64,000 nt of DNA. Source: an uncultured bacterium (GTDB lineage Bacteria; Patescibacteriota; Minisyncoccia; Phycocordibacterales; GWA1-40-21). Shown piece by piece: positions 48,601 to 58,409 of this stretch. The stretch spans positions 64,144 through 128,143 of the forward strand of contig CAILDB010000014.1 in NCBI GenBank assembly GCA_903832855.1, written 5' to 3'. A model generated the notes under the pieces. That model saw only the letters and a program-made list of their open reading frames with translations. It did no database searches and was not told where the DNA came from. How positions within the stretch are numbered: the first letter of the stretch is position 1; each line of letters starts with the position of its first letter. Position numbers and translations under genes: made by a program.

Positions 48601-49223
48601 TTGCACCATTTATGCCATTTCTTGCGGAGAGTTTGTACAAAAGAGCGGGAGGCACTTTACAGCTTGAAAGTGTTCATTTGGAAAATTGGCCGGAAGATAT
48701 TGCGGGCGAACTTTCTCCGGAAGAAAAAGAACTCATCGCCAGTATGACTGAGACGAGGAAAATTGTTTCTTTTGGACTTGAAGCGAGAGCAAAACTTGGA
48801 ATTAAAGTTAGACAGCCACTTTTGTCAGCAAAAATAAAAAGCCAAATTATTTTGCAAAAAAATGAGCTTTCGGCACTTGTAAAAGATGAGTTAAATGTAA
48901 AAGATGTTCTTTTTGCGGAATTGCTTTCCGGAGAAGTAGAGCTAGATGCGACGATGACGGATGAGCTTAAAGAAGAGGGAATCATGAGAGATATTGTCAG
49001 GGCCTTGCAGGAGCTTAGAAAAACAAAAGGATTAAATCCTGGGGATATTGCTTCTCTTGAAGTTCACACAGATGAAAAAGGTAAAAAATTTCTGCAGAAA
49101 TTTGAGAAAGAAATTTCAAAATTGACCGGAGTAAAAGAAATATCTTTTGTCTCTGAAGCAAAAGGCGAGGGAAGTGACAAACTATCTTCAGAAATTGCCG
49201 ACTTCTCTTTTAAAATTTTGTAA
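45669..49223 (+). CDS. ileS: Isoleucyl-tRNA synthetase (type 2) with inserted histidine phosphatase domain
   Basis: DGPPFATGLPHFGH, GWDCHGLP, WTTTPWTLP, GTGIVH.AP, KMSK; insert with RHGE and SSPF.R. Confidence 0.95.
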   Translation: MDKKAQKEAKEEKPATVGKVLKSKIAEREEEILKFWQDNKIFEKTLKKDSPKGEFKFYDGPPFATGLPHFGHILAGTMKDVFGKYETMLGKHVERKWGWDCHGLPVENIVEKELDLKSRKDIEIYGVEKFNEMARKSVVKYVDDWKKIVPRTGRFVDMEDDYKTMSPTYSETIWWIFKRLNDKGLVSEGFKSMHLCPRCETTLSNFEVNQGYKDITDISVTVKFELVEEPGTFILAWTTTPWTLPGNVALAVGSDIEYVKGKIEGQEGNYIFAKDRSVAVLKDKKFTLVEEILGKKLLGKSYKPLFDYYNNDELKNRENGFKVYPADFVTIEDGTGIVHIAPAFGEDDMILGKKEKLPFIQHVGTDGRFKKEVVDFAGEQVKPKEDHQKADIEVIKYLAGKGTLFDKEKMIHSYPHCWRCDTPLLNYASSSWFVEVPKIKDELIAENKKINWVPKEVGEGRFGEWLENTRDWAVSRSRFWGAPLPVWRCAECKKTHFIGGVEELKQKIGKKNNFFVVRHGEAESNTLGILSTKVETKHHLTDLGREQAKEVSEKIKKDKIDVIISSPFLRTKETAEIIAKEIGYSEDKIIYDSRLHEVSVGVLDGKSDAEYQAYFGTREEKFWKIPEGGESHTDVKNRMTEFLYDINSKYEGKNILIVSHNTPLWLMYAGMKGMTPKQAIAIREQGAPFIHNSELMNFDFIPIPHNKNYELDLHRPYIDEVTFACGCGGEAKRVPEVFDCWFESGAMPYGQNHYPFENLDKFNPEKDIGFPADFIAEGVDQTRGWFYSMLVLSVALFGRSSFKNVVVNGIILADNGQKMSKRLQNYTDPSEEMDRFGADAMRYYLLSSPAVHAEDFSFSDKGVDEVVKKVIMRVDNIYSFCEMYGGDLKGRKVEKVLSENVLDKWIVARLKELAGEMTVSMNKYELDRATRPVADFVDDFSTWYLRRSRDRFKSENIQDKDMAIATTLYALKEFSKLIAPFMPFLAESLYKRAGGTLQLESVHLENWPEDIAGELSPEEKELIASMTETRKIVSFGLEARAKLGIKVRQPLLSAKIKSQIILQKNELSALVKDELNVKDVLFAELLSGEVELDATMTDELKEEGIMRDIVRALQELRKTKGLNPGDIASLEVHTDEKGKKFLQKFEKEISKLTGVKEISFVSEAKGEGSDKLSSEIADFSFKIL

Positions 49224-49795
49224 TGCATCATAAATATAGTACAGAGGCATTTATTTTAAAAAGTCTTCATCATAAAGATGCAGACAAGGTTTATGTTTTG
49301 TTTACAGAAAATTTCGGACTCATTCGTGCATCAGCTCAAGGTGTGAGACTACTCAAATCAAAATTACGATATCATCTCTCGGATTTTTCTTGTATAAATA
49401 TTTCTCTTGTGCGAGGCAGAGATTATTGGAGAATCGTCGGCGCAGAAAAATCAGCCGGTTTTATTCACGGAAAAATAAAAGATCCGGAAGTTTTGGACTT
49501 TTATGGGAAAATTTTCTCTTTGATATTACGGCTCGTTCACGGTGAAGAAAGAAACGACGAACTTTTTACGGCACTGAAAGGTTCGCTACTTGAGGCTCAC
49601 AAAAATCAGTCCAAAGGGCTTGAATGTTTGTCAGTTGCAAGAATTATGAGAAGTTTGGGGTATTTGAAAGTTGCTGGATTTGAAGAACTTTTCCAAAATC
49701 ACGAATATGATGAAAAAGTCGTCTGTCTCGCAGAATCAATGCATGAAAAGATAATTTTAGAAATCAACAAGTCGCTTAATGAAACACATCTTTAA
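49223..49795 (+). CDS. recO: DNA repair protein RecO
   Basis: TEAFILK...DADK...FT..FG.I.ASAQGVR..KSKL. Confidence 0.82.
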   Translation: MHHKYSTEAFILKSLHHKDADKVYVLFTENFGLIRASAQGVRLLKSKLRYHLSDFSCINISLVRGRDYWRIVGAEKSAGFIHGKIKDPEVLDFYGKIFSLILRLVHGEERNDELFTALKGSLLEAHKNQSKGLECLSVARIMRSLGYLKVAGFEELFQNHEYDEKVVCLAESMHEKIILEINKSLNETHL

Positions 49796-49813
49796 TGTGG
49801 TATAATATCGGAT

Positions 49814-51727
49814 ATGTTTGAAGATGAACAAAAAGATAAAGGCAGAATAGAAAATTTGAAATCTGAACTGTATTCCAGAAATAATGACATCATTAAGCCG
49901 ATTCGTAGACACAATGCTGGCAAAAATGATGGGACGATGGGGACGGCCTGGAATGATAATGATTTGGAAACTGAAGAAAGTGATTTTCCTTTTAAAAAAG
50001 TTCTTTTGGTTGCTTTTATATTTTTCTTGATTGCTTTTGGTTTTGCTTTTTATAAATTTTTTCTTGGTAATAATGTAATCTCTGGAAATAATATAGAAGT
50101 GATCATAAGCGGTCCAGTATCTGTGGGCGGTGGGGAGGCATTACCTCTTCAAATAGAAGTTATAAATAAAAATACCACTGCACTCGAGTCGGTGAATTTG
50201 CATATTGAATATCCGGATGGATTTAGAAACGAGACTGATGTTTCGATTCCGATGACAAGATATGATGAGGTCTTGGGTAATCTAGATATAGGTAAAAGTG
50301 TAACTCGTACTTTAAAGACGGTCGTTTTTGGAGATGAAAATAGTCAGAAAGATGTGAAAATTACAGTGGAATACAGGGTCCCCGGTTCAAATGGAATTTT
50401 TTACAAAGATAAGACATTTTCTTTTTTGATTAGTTCTTCACCAGTAAATATTACTGTAAAAAATTCTACAGAAGTAAATGCAAATCAGAAAATGGATTTT
50501 AATATTGAGGTGAAGTCCAATTCTTTGACAATTATTAAAGGTTTGGCTCTGAAAGCTGATTATCCTTCTGGTTTTGATTACAAATCATCGAGCATAACTC
50601 CTGGCTCAAGCAATAATATTTGGGATTTGGGAGATCTTCAGCCGGGAGCAACAAAAAATATAAAAATTTCTGGAGTTATTTTAGGGCAAGATGGTGAAGA
50701 GAAAGTTTTTAAATTTTCTGTCGGATTGAAAGATAAACTTGATGTGAGAACTATCGCTACGACTTTTGCTTCATTTAGTTCTTCCGTTCTTGTCAAAAAA
50801 CCTTTTGTTGGCATGACGCTTACAATTGACGGTAATTCTTTAGGCGATGTTGCCATACCAAGTGGACAAAATATAAAAGGCACGGTTGCTTGGGAAAATA
50901 ATCTTCCCGATACTATTTATGATCTTGAAATTGATGTTTCATTGAAAGGTAATATATTGGATAAGTCCAGCGTTTCTGCAAATGGTGGTTTTTATGATTC
51001 TTTAAACAATCAAATTGTTTTCAGTAAGCAAACCGGCTCGGATCTCTCTACTGTTTTACCCGGTGCAAGTGGAAGCGGATCGTTTGATTTTTCAACCTTC
51101 GATTCTTCATCGCAGACCGGTTCTGCATTTAGTAATCCTCAGATAAGTTTTGACATTTCTGTGAAAGGTAGGAGGACCGATAGTGCTACTGCTCCAAAAG
51201 AAATTTTCTACACACAGTCAAGAATAGCAAAAATTACTTCCGATCTTTCTTTGCTTTCAAGAGGATTTTATTTTTCAGGGCCTTTCAAAAATATTGGTCC
51301 AATACCTCCTAGGGCCGAAAAAGAAACCACATATACTATCGTTTGGACAGCTACAAATCCTACAAATAATGTTTTAAATACTAAGGTTACTTCATCTTTG
51401 CCTTCATATATGAAATGGCTCGGAGTGACGAGTCCAGTCACCGAAGATATTTCCTATGATTCAATAGGTAATCAGATTGTTTGGAATATTGGAACGATAA
51501 AATCTGGTTCGGGCATGACTCTTCCTGCGAGAGAAGTTTCTTTCCAAATTTCTCTTACTCCGAGTTTGAGTCAAGTGGGTTCTGCTCCCGACATATTAAA
51601 TCAGGCGGTTATTTCTGGCACGGATTCCTTTACAAATACAGATGTTGGTGAGACAAAGCAGGTCATCACGACAGAAATAAAAACAGATCAAAATGTTTCT
51701 TCCGGTGATGGGGTAGTTGCACAGTAG
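49814..51727 (+). CDS. Membrane-anchored Ig-like repeat protein
   Basis: Single TM, then beta-rich repeats (WDLGDL.PG, GPIPP, WNIG). Confidence 0.7.
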   Translation: MFEDEQKDKGRIENLKSELYSRNNDIIKPIRRHNAGKNDGTMGTAWNDNDLETEESDFPFKKVLLVAFIFFLIAFGFAFYKFFLGNNVISGNNIEVIISGPVSVGGGEALPLQIEVINKNTTALESVNLHIEYPDGFRNETDVSIPMTRYDEVLGNLDIGKSVTRTLKTVVFGDENSQKDVKITVEYRVPGSNGIFYKDKTFSFLISSSPVNITVKNSTEVNANQKMDFNIEVKSNSLTIIKGLALKADYPSGFDYKSSSITPGSSNNIWDLGDLQPGATKNIKISGVILGQDGEEKVFKFSVGLKDKLDVRTIATTFASFSSSVLVKKPFVGMTLTIDGNSLGDVAIPSGQNIKGTVAWENNLPDTIYDLEIDVSLKGNILDKSSVSANGGFYDSLNNQIVFSKQTGSDLSTVLPGASGSGSFDFSTFDSSSQTGSAFSNPQISFDISVKGRRTDSATAPKEIFYTQSRIAKITSDLSLLSRGFYFSGPFKNIGPIPPRAEKETTYTIVWTATNPTNNVLNTKVTSSLPSYMKWLGVTSPVTEDISYDSIGNQIVWNIGTIKSGSGMTLPAREVSFQISLTPSLSQVGSAPDILNQAVISGTDSFTNTDVGETKQVITTEIKTDQNVSSGDGVVAQ

Positions 51728-51750
51728 ATTATTTATGATTAAATAGGGAT

Positions 51751-53142
51751 ATGGCAAAAGAAAATAAAAATAACGAATTGATGGAAAAAATAATTTCTCT
51801 TTGTAAGAGAAGGGGTTTTGTTTTTCCCGGCTCGGAAATTTATGGGGGATTTGCCGGTACATATGATTTTGGCCCTTATGGTGTAGCCCTCCGCAGAAAT
51901 GTAGTTGATGCTTGGACGAAAGCAATGCAGGAACATGAAAATATTTCTTTAATTGACTCCAGTATTTTTACTGTTGGAAAGGTGTGGGAAGCCAGCGGTC
52001 ATGTTTCTGGTTTTTCAGACCCGATGGTTATCTGCAAGGAATGCCACACAAAACAGAGAGCGGACCATCTCCTTTCATCTATTGAAGTAAAAGCTGATGA
52101 AAAAATAACTGAAAAAGAAATTAATAAAATATTTGATGAAAATCGGGATAAAATAAAGTGTCCTGTTTGTGGCAAGAAAAATTTTGGTCAGATATCGGCA
52201 AAAAGTCTACTTGCAACCTCAACTCTTGGTATGTTTGAAGAAGGCGATGCACAAGTATATTTACGCGGAGAAACAGCCCAGGGTATTTTTATAAATTATA
52301 AAAATATTCTTGACTCCGGTTTTAATAAAGTGCCATTTGGTTTAGCACAAGTTGGTAAGGCCTTCAGAAATGAGATAAGCCCGAGACAATTTTTATTTCG
52401 CAAAAGAGAATTTGAACAGATGGAAATGCAGTATTTTGTTCCCGAAAAAGATGCTAGAAAGGTCTATGAAGAGTGGCGTATTGAACGAATGGCGTATTAT
52501 GAAAGACTCGGGATTAAGAAAGAAAAATTAAAATGGAAGCAGCATGAAAATCTTGTCTTTTATGCGAAGGATGCTTGGGACATTGAATACGAGTTTCCGT
52601 TCGGTTGGAATGAACTTGAGGGTATTCATTATCGTGGGGACTATGATTTAACTCAGCATCAAAAATTTTCTGGCGTTGATATGTCGGTCTATGATGAGGA
52701 GACAAAAGAGCGTTTTATTCCGAATGTTATCGAGACATCTGTTGGTGTTGACCGTACAATTCTTATGCTTCTTTCAGAGGCCTACACAGAAGATGAAATG
52801 AACGGTGAAAAGAGAGTTTTTTTGCGTTTTAAGCCAAATATGGCCCCGGTAAAAATTGCTGTTTTTCCGCTACTCAAAAATAAACCACAGCTTATTGAAA
52901 AGGCGAGAGAAGTTTACAAAAACTTGAAAAAAGAATTTGGTGCTGTGATGTTTGATGATAATGGGAATATCGGTAAAAGATACCGAAGACAAGACGAAAT
53001 CGGCACGCCATTTTGTGTGACTGTGGATTTTGATACGATTGAAAAAGACGACACTGTGACTGTGCGTGATAGAGACAGTGGAAAGCAGGAGAGAATAAAA
53101 ATTGAGGAACTCGTAAATTACTTAAAAAATAAACTCGGTTAG
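51751..53142 (+). CDS. glyS: Glycyl-tRNA synthetase (alpha2 type)
   Basis: LRGETAQG, GKAFRNEISPR, REFEQME, IGKRYRRQDEIGTP. Confidence 0.95.
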   Translation: MAKENKNNELMEKIISLCKRRGFVFPGSEIYGGFAGTYDFGPYGVALRRNVVDAWTKAMQEHENISLIDSSIFTVGKVWEASGHVSGFSDPMVICKECHTKQRADHLLSSIEVKADEKITEKEINKIFDENRDKIKCPVCGKKNFGQISAKSLLATSTLGMFEEGDAQVYLRGETAQGIFINYKNILDSGFNKVPFGLAQVGKAFRNEISPRQFLFRKREFEQMEMQYFVPEKDARKVYEEWRIERMAYYERLGIKKEKLKWKQHENLVFYAKDAWDIEYEFPFGWNELEGIHYRGDYDLTQHQKFSGVDMSVYDEETKERFIPNVIETSVGVDRTILMLLSEAYTEDEMNGEKRVFLRFKPNMAPVKIAVFPLLKNKPQLIEKAREVYKNLKKEFGAVMFDDNGNIGKRYRRQDEIGTPFCVTVDFDTIEKDDTVTVRDRDSGKQERIKIEELVNYLKNKLG

Positions 53143-53232
53143 TTTTGTGGAGTCACTTGCGTAAGCCGCTATTTTGTGGTATTTTTTCTGTGGGTTAAAT
53201 AGTTTGTTCTTGAAAAGAAAGGAAATAACGAG

Positions 53233-53562
53233 ATGAGAAAACAAAAGGTCTTGTTTGCTTCTGCCATCATGATGGTCGGCGTTGCTCGAGCTTCAGTGGA
53301 GGGGGCCCTCAAAAAAATGACAGGAGCACCTGTTTCTAAAGAGAAAGTGGTCGGCGGAGAAGAAAAGGAAACAGTTTTTCTCAAGCTGGCACGGTCTTCA
53401 AGGCTTGGAATTGCTGAGATTGATGAAGTTACTGCTGAACTGTACCGTAATTCTCAGCGTCAGCGTTTTGGGCCGGCACCGAGGGTTTTGATCGGATTTA
53501 CGGGACGTAATGGTCCTAGTCGAAATCGTGGCCATATGGTTGCTTATGGGAAGGGTGGCTGA
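53233..53562 (+). CDS. Orphan hypothetical protein
   Basis: SD aaagga; own terminator 53578-53604. Confidence 0.5.
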   Translation: MRKQKVLFASAIMMVGVARASVEGALKKMTGAPVSKEKVVGGEEKETVFLKLARSSRLGIAEIDEVTAELYRNSQRQRFGPAPRVLIGFTGRNGPSRNRGHMVAYGKGG

Positions 53563-53634
53563 AGTGAAGTGTAGTTTGGCCCCGCGGAGTACGCGGGGCC
53601 TTTTCTTTTCTCCCTTTTTTAGTATGATACCCAT

Positions 53635-54903
53635 ATGAATTACACAAAAGAAGTTTTGCCAAATGGGATGAGAATTATTGTTGCGCCCATGAAAGAAAAT
53701 CCTACAGTGACGGTTTTTGTTCTAGTTGAGGCTGGTTCAAAATACGAAAAAAAAGAAAATAACGGAATTTCGCATTTTCTGGAGCATATGTGTTTTAAAG
53801 GCACGACTAAAAGACCAACTCACAAAGAAATAACAACCGAGTTCGATGGACTTGGTTGTGATAGCAATGCATTTACTAGTCAGGAATACACTGGCTATTA
53901 TGCAAAGTCAGACAGTGCAAATTTTGAAAAGATTTTGGATATTGTGTCTGATATTTATCTCAATTCGACTTTTCCAGAATCAGAAATTGAAAAAGAAAAA
54001 GGCGTTATCATTGAAGAAATAAATATGTATAAGGATCTTCCGAAGGCAATTGTTTCAGAAGAATTTGTAAAATTGCTTTATGGTGACCAGCCAGCAGGGT
54101 GGACTATCGCTGGTAATAAAGAAAATATTTTAAAAATTAAAAGAGAAGATTTTGTAAATTATCGTAAAAATCATTATGTAGCAAGGGCGACCACTGTCGT
54201 GGTTGCAGGAAATGTAAATGAAAAGAAAGCTTTTGAACTTGTGAAAACAGCTTTTGCAAATATTTCTACAGGCAAAAAAGAAGAAAAGAAAAAGGTGACT
54301 GAAACTCAAAATAAACCGCGAACAAGTATTTATTTTAAGGATACCGACCAGACGCATATTGTACTAGGTGTGCGTTCTGTGAATATGTATGATAAAAAAA
54401 CTTCTGTTGCAAAATTACTTTCTGGAATTCTTGGAAGGGGAATGTCATCACGACTTTTTACAAAAATGCGGGAAGAACTCGGAATTTGCTATTACATTTA
54501 TGCCGTACAAGATTCTTCCACAGATCATGGAGCTTTTGAAGTCTCGGCTGGCGTGGATACAAAGAGGATTGAAATCGCAATCAAAGCAATTCTTGCCGAG
54601 CTTACTCGTGTGAAGACAGAATTGGTCTCTGATGAGGAATTGAATAAAGTTAAAAAGATGCTTGTCGGAAAGCTCAAGCTCAATCTGGAATCATCCGATT
54701 CTATCGCAGAGTTTTACGGTTTTCAGGAAGTTTATAAAAAGAAAATTAAAAGTATGGAAGACAAAATCAAAGAAATTAATGCAGTAACTGCTAAAGAGAT
54801 TCAGAAGTTGGCAAAGGAGATTTTTGTGGACAGTAAGCTCAATTTATCTATAGTAGGGAAGTTTAAGGACAGACTCCCGTTTGAAAAAATACTAAAGTTC
54901 TAG
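53635..54903 (+). CDS. M16 family zinc peptidase
   Basis: GISHFLEHMCFKGT (HxxEH), NAFTS, SSRLF..REELG. Confidence 0.93.
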   Translation: MNYTKEVLPNGMRIIVAPMKENPTVTVFVLVEAGSKYEKKENNGISHFLEHMCFKGTTKRPTHKEITTEFDGLGCDSNAFTSQEYTGYYAKSDSANFEKILDIVSDIYLNSTFPESEIEKEKGVIIEEINMYKDLPKAIVSEEFVKLLYGDQPAGWTIAGNKENILKIKREDFVNYRKNHYVARATTVVVAGNVNEKKAFELVKTAFANISTGKKEEKKKVTETQNKPRTSIYFKDTDQTHIVLGVRSVNMYDKKTSVAKLLSGILGRGMSSRLFTKMREELGICYYIYAVQDSSTDHGAFEVSAGVDTKRIEIAIKAILAELTRVKTELVSDEELNKVKKMLVGKLKLNLESSDSIAEFYGFQEVYKKKIKSMEDKIKEINAVTAKEIQKLAKEIFVDSKLNLSIVGKFKDRLPFEKILKF

Positions 54904-54944
54904 ATTATTGCTTTTTGGTTTTCTCTATGCTAGTATTTACGACT

Positions 54945-55457
54945 ATGGAAAAGAAAGAAGCGTCAGAGAAAAAAGAGAATAGTAAAATATACGAAGTGGG
55001 CTACCACCTCGTTTCTTCTATTGCAGAGGAAAATATTCCTGCTGAAGTTAGTAAAATAAAAGAAAATCTTCTAAAAGAAGGTGCCGTTATCATTTCAGAA
55101 GATAATCCAAAGCTTAGACCGCTTACTTATACTATTAAAAAGGCTTTTGGTGGAGTTTACAAGAAGTTTGATAAAGCATATTTTGGTTTTATAAAATTTG
55201 AACTCACAGAAGGAGACATCACAAAAATTGATTCTTTTATGAAATCAAACGAGTCAGTTCTAAGATATTTGGTTATCAAAACTGTTAGAGAAAACACGAT
55301 GTTTTATCCAAAGTCACTTTCATTTGTTGAAAAGGAAGTTAAATTTAAACTTGAAAGATCCGAAAAAGCACCAAAAGTAGAAAAAGCACCAGAAAAACCA
55401 GCTTCAATCGAGGAAATTGATAAATCAATAGACGAGCTTGTGGCCACTGGATTATAA
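54945..55457 (+). CDS. rpsF: 30S ribosomal protein S6
   Basis: YEVGY, LTYTIKK, VLRYLVIK; rpsF-ssb-rpsR synteny. Confidence 0.88.
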   Translation: MEKKEASEKKENSKIYEVGYHLVSSIAEENIPAEVSKIKENLLKEGAVIISEDNPKLRPLTYTIKKAFGGVYKKFDKAYFGFIKFELTEGDITKIDSFMKSNESVLRYLVIKTVRENTMFYPKSLSFVEKEVKFKLERSEKAPKVEKAPEKPASIEEIDKSIDELVATGL

Positions 55458-55486
55458 TTTATTTTTATTAATTTAATTTTTCAAAT

Positions 55487-55951
55487 ATGTATTTAAACAA
55501 AGCATTTGTAATCGGAAATTTAACAAGAGATCCAGAAATGAGAGCTATGCCATCTGGAGGTCAAGTTACATCTTTTTCTGTTGCTACAAATAGAGTTTGG
55601 AAAGATAAAAGCGGAGCCAAACAAGAAGCTGCAGATTTTCACAACGTTGTTGTTTTCGGTAAACAAGCAGAGACCGTTAGCCAGTATTTAAAGAAGGGAA
55701 GTAATGTCCTCGTAGAAGGTAGAATGCAGACAAGAAGCTGGGAAACTGATGGAAAGAAAAATTACAAGATGGAAATTATTGCGGACAGAGTTCAGTTTGG
55801 TCCAAGACCAGCAGGTGCGGGTGCAGGAAGCTACACTCCAAAGACAAATGGAGCAGAACAAACCGCAGGAGGAGATAATAAAAAAGCCGACAAAATGGAT
55901 ACAATAGATTATCCAACAGAAGAAATTAATCCAGAAGATATACCTTTTTAA
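55487..55951 (+). CDS. ssb: Single-stranded DNA-binding protein
   Basis: LNK..IGNLTRDPE, KG..VLVEGR; C-terminal EDIPF. Confidence 0.96.
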   Translation: MYLNKAFVIGNLTRDPEMRAMPSGGQVTSFSVATNRVWKDKSGAKQEAADFHNVVVFGKQAETVSQYLKKGSNVLVEGRMQTRSWETDGKKNYKMEIIADRVQFGPRPAGAGAGSYTPKTNGAEQTAGGDNKKADKMDTIDYPTEEINPEDIPF

Positions 55952-55990
55952 TCCCAGTAGTAAAGAAATCAGAATTTCTTACTACGGGAT
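55951..55990. repeat. Family B palindrome between ssb and rpsR
   Basis: atcccagtagtaaagaaatcagaatttcttactacgggat. Confidence 0.88.
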
Positions 55991-56007
55991 AAATTAAAAA
56001 TAAAAAT

Positions 56008-56211
56008 ATGAATAAACAATGTTTTTTCTCACAAAATAATATAAAGCATGTGGACTACAAAGATATAGAATTGTTGAAGAAATTTGTTAATCCTCACGCC
56101 AGAATGAATGGCAAGAAAAAAACTTCCGTCTGTGCCAGAAGCCAAAGACAGCTTTCTGAAGCTATTAAGAGAGCAAGATACATGGCACTGATGCCTTTCG
56201 TTACTAGATAA
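56008..56211 (+). CDS. rpsR: 30S ribosomal protein S18
   Basis: VDYKD..LL..F, QRQL..AIKRAR.MALMP. Confidence 0.95.
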   Translation: MNKQCFFSQNNIKHVDYKDIELLKKFVNPHARMNGKKKTSVCARSQRQLSEAIKRARYMALMPFVTR

Positions 56212-56220
56212 TATTAAATT

Positions 56221-56258
56221 AAAACTGCCCCGCAAATCAGATTTGCGGGGCAGTTTTA
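56221..56258. terminator. Bidirectional terminator
   Basis: aaaactgccccgcaaat-cag-atttgcggggcagtttt. Confidence 0.78.
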
Positions 56259-56304
56259 ATTGTGATAAAATACTACTACATTTATCAATTTAATTAAAAT
56301 AAAA

Positions 56305-57345
56305 ATGGCGAAAAAATTTGGAAAGGATGTGAAGGAAAAAGAAGTAAAAGCGACTCCAGCAGAATCAAAAGATAGTAAAATAGAAGATACTTTAAATGCA
56401 ATCAAAGCAAAATTTGGTGACGAATCCATAATGATGCTTGGCGAGAAGCCACATGTGGATGTAAACGCCATTTCCACTGGTTCTATCGGGCTTGATGCTG
56501 CACTTGGTGTGGGCGGACTTCCTCGTGGTAGAATAATTGAAATTTTTGGCCCAGAATCATCAGGTAAGACGACTTTGGCTCTTCATGTAGTTGCTGAAGC
56601 ACAGAAGCTCGGTGGAATTTGCGCTTACATAGATGCTGAACATGCGATGGATCCTGAATATGCTAAAAAGCTCGGCGTAAAAGTAGATCAACTTTTAATC
56701 TCTCAGCCAGATACAGGCGAGCAAGGTTTGGAAATTACTGATAGTTTGGTGCGTTCAGGAAAAATGGATGTGATTGTCATTGACTCTGTCGCAGCTCTTA
56801 CTCCAAAAGATGAAATAGAAGGCGATATGGGTGCGTATCATGTGGGTAAACAAGCTCGCCTTATGTCTCAAGCCCTCAGAAAGCTCACCGCAATTGTTGC
56901 AAAATCAAAAACAATTGTTATTTTTATAAACCAAATCAGAATGCAAATCGGTGTGATGTTTGGAAATCCAGAGACAACTCCGGGCGGAAAGGCACTCAAG
57001 TTTTACACATCAGTTCGTCTAGATATTCGTAGAATTGCACAAATTAAAAAAGGTGAAGAGATAATGGGAGGACGCGTGAGAGTAAAAGTTGTCAAAAATA
57101 AAGTTGCTGCACCTTTCAAACAAACAGAATTTGATTTGATGTATAACGAGGGAATTTCAAGGGAAGGCGAGCTCATTGCTCTTGGAGAAACACACGGAAT
57201 TCTAAAAAAATCCGGAAATTCTTATGAATATGGTGAAGTGAAACTTGGTCGCGGATACGACGCTACCCGCCAATTCTTACGCGAAAATCCAAAAATTTCA
57301 GGTGAAATTTTGAAAGAGATTAAGGCGAAGTTGAAGGAGATTTAA
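56305..57345 (+). CDS. recA: Recombinase RecA
   Basis: [33 protein letters not shown]. Confidence 0.98.
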   Translation: MAKKFGKDVKEKEVKATPAESKDSKIEDTLNAIKAKFGDESIMMLGEKPHVDVNAISTGSIGLDAALGVGGLPRGRIIEIFGPESSGKTTLALHVVAEAQKLGGICAYIDAEHAMDPEYAKKLGVKVDQLLISQPDTGEQGLEITDSLVRSGKMDVIVIDSVAALTPKDEIEGDMGAYHVGKQARLMSQALRKLTAIVAKSKTIVIFINQIRMQIGVMFGNPETTPGGKALKFYTSVRLDIRRIAQIKKGEEIMGGRVRVKVVKNKVAAPFKQTEFDLMYNEGISREGELIALGETHGILKKSGNSYEYGEVKLGRGYDATRQFLRENPKISGEILKEIKAKLKEI

Positions 57346-57557
57346 AAAAAGAAAAAAGAAACGAGCCGGTGTTGTCATATTTTTGCGTCCGCAGGCGAGC
57401 TTGCAAGGCGCGATGTGGTGTAATTTTGTCGAAAGTATTCTTGAGACAAAACTATACCACAGCGCAAGCCGCCGAGGATTAGGAAATTTTCCGGCTGGGG
57501 AAAATTTCTGCACAAAAATATGACAATACTGGCGAGTTTTTTCTTTTTTTAAATCTC
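57337..57557. repeat. ~220-bp branched palindromic element between recA and efp
   Basis: Long arms gagatttaaaaaaagaaaaaa..gccggtgttgtcatatttttg / caaaaatatgacaatactggc..ttttttctttttttaaatctc. Confidence 0.8.
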
Positions 57558-57565
57558 TTATCAGT

Positions 57566-58132
57566 TTAAACTCTACTCGTATATTCTCCTGTCAAGGTAT
57601 TGACACTGACCACATCTCCTTCATTTACAAATAGCGGAGCGTTTATAATAGCCCCAGTCTCAAGAGTAATTTGCTTTGTTCCGCCTGTCGCGGTATCTCC
57701 TTTGACTGCAGGAGGGGCCTCGGTAACTTTGAGTTCCACTTTTACTGGCAGCTTCGTACCGATTATTTTTTCTTCAAAAATTACGAGTTCAATCATTGAG
57801 TTTGCTTTCATAAATCTGGCTTGGTCGCCGATGAGTGTCTCCTCAAGTTTGAATCTTTTGCTTGGGTCATTTGGTTCACAAAACCAAAATTCTCCTCTAC
57901 TTTTATACAAAAATTTTGCTTCTTTGGTTTCAATATCTGCTTCTTTTATTTTTTCTGATTGATGAAAAGAAACCTCGGTGATTTTGCCTGTAATTAGATT
58001 TCGCAATTTCGTAGCATTCACCGGCTTTCTCATTTGTTTTCTAAAAACATGCGAAGAAATAACCTCATATGGCTGTCCATCCACAATAATGCATTTTCTC
58101 TCCGTTGCTTCGCTATATTCTAATATTCCCAT
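57566..58132 (-). CDS. efp: Elongation factor P
   Basis: KLRNLITG, LP.KVEL.V, GDTA.GG.K..LETGA, T.TGEY..RV. Confidence 0.93.
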   Translation of the reverse strand: MGILEYSEATERKCIIVDGQPYEVISSHVFRKQMRKPVNATKLRNLITGKITEVSFHQSEKIKEADIETKEAKFLYKSRGEFWFCEPNDPSKRFKLEETLIGDQARFMKANSMIELVIFEEKIIGTKLPVKVELKVTEAPPAVKGDTATGGTKQITLETGAIINAPLFVNEGDVVSVNTLTGEYTSRV

Positions 58133-58182
58133 AGTGGACTGATTCTATACAAAAATTCCTCATTTGTCTATCGCTCCACTTA

Positions 58183-58405
58183 GCCGACAAGAAGGAAACT
58201 CCTCTTTTTACGGTTAGCGAAGCAGTATTAGAAAATAAGAAGTTTTTTAGAAAAACGAGACTGTTTGACGAGTCCGCGAGGAGTTTCGAGTTTTTCGCCC
58301 GCTAAGACACACTTTCCCAAGTGTGCGAGCGGGAAAAGAAAAACTACTATATTTTCTATACCGCGTAGCGCTTGAAGTAAAAAGAGGAGTTTCCTTCTTG
58401 CCGGC
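58183..58405. repeat. ~220-bp branched palindromic element upstream of efp
   Basis: 29-bp arms gccgacaagaaggaaactcctctttttac / gtaaaaagaggagtttccttcttgccggc. Confidence 0.85.
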
Positions 58406-58409
58406 GTCC

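Noticed and set aside
57590-57605. Fourth copy of the 17-bp palindrome in efp (TGTCAAGGTATTGACA)
   Set aside because: One base shorter with a broken inner arm; may be chance
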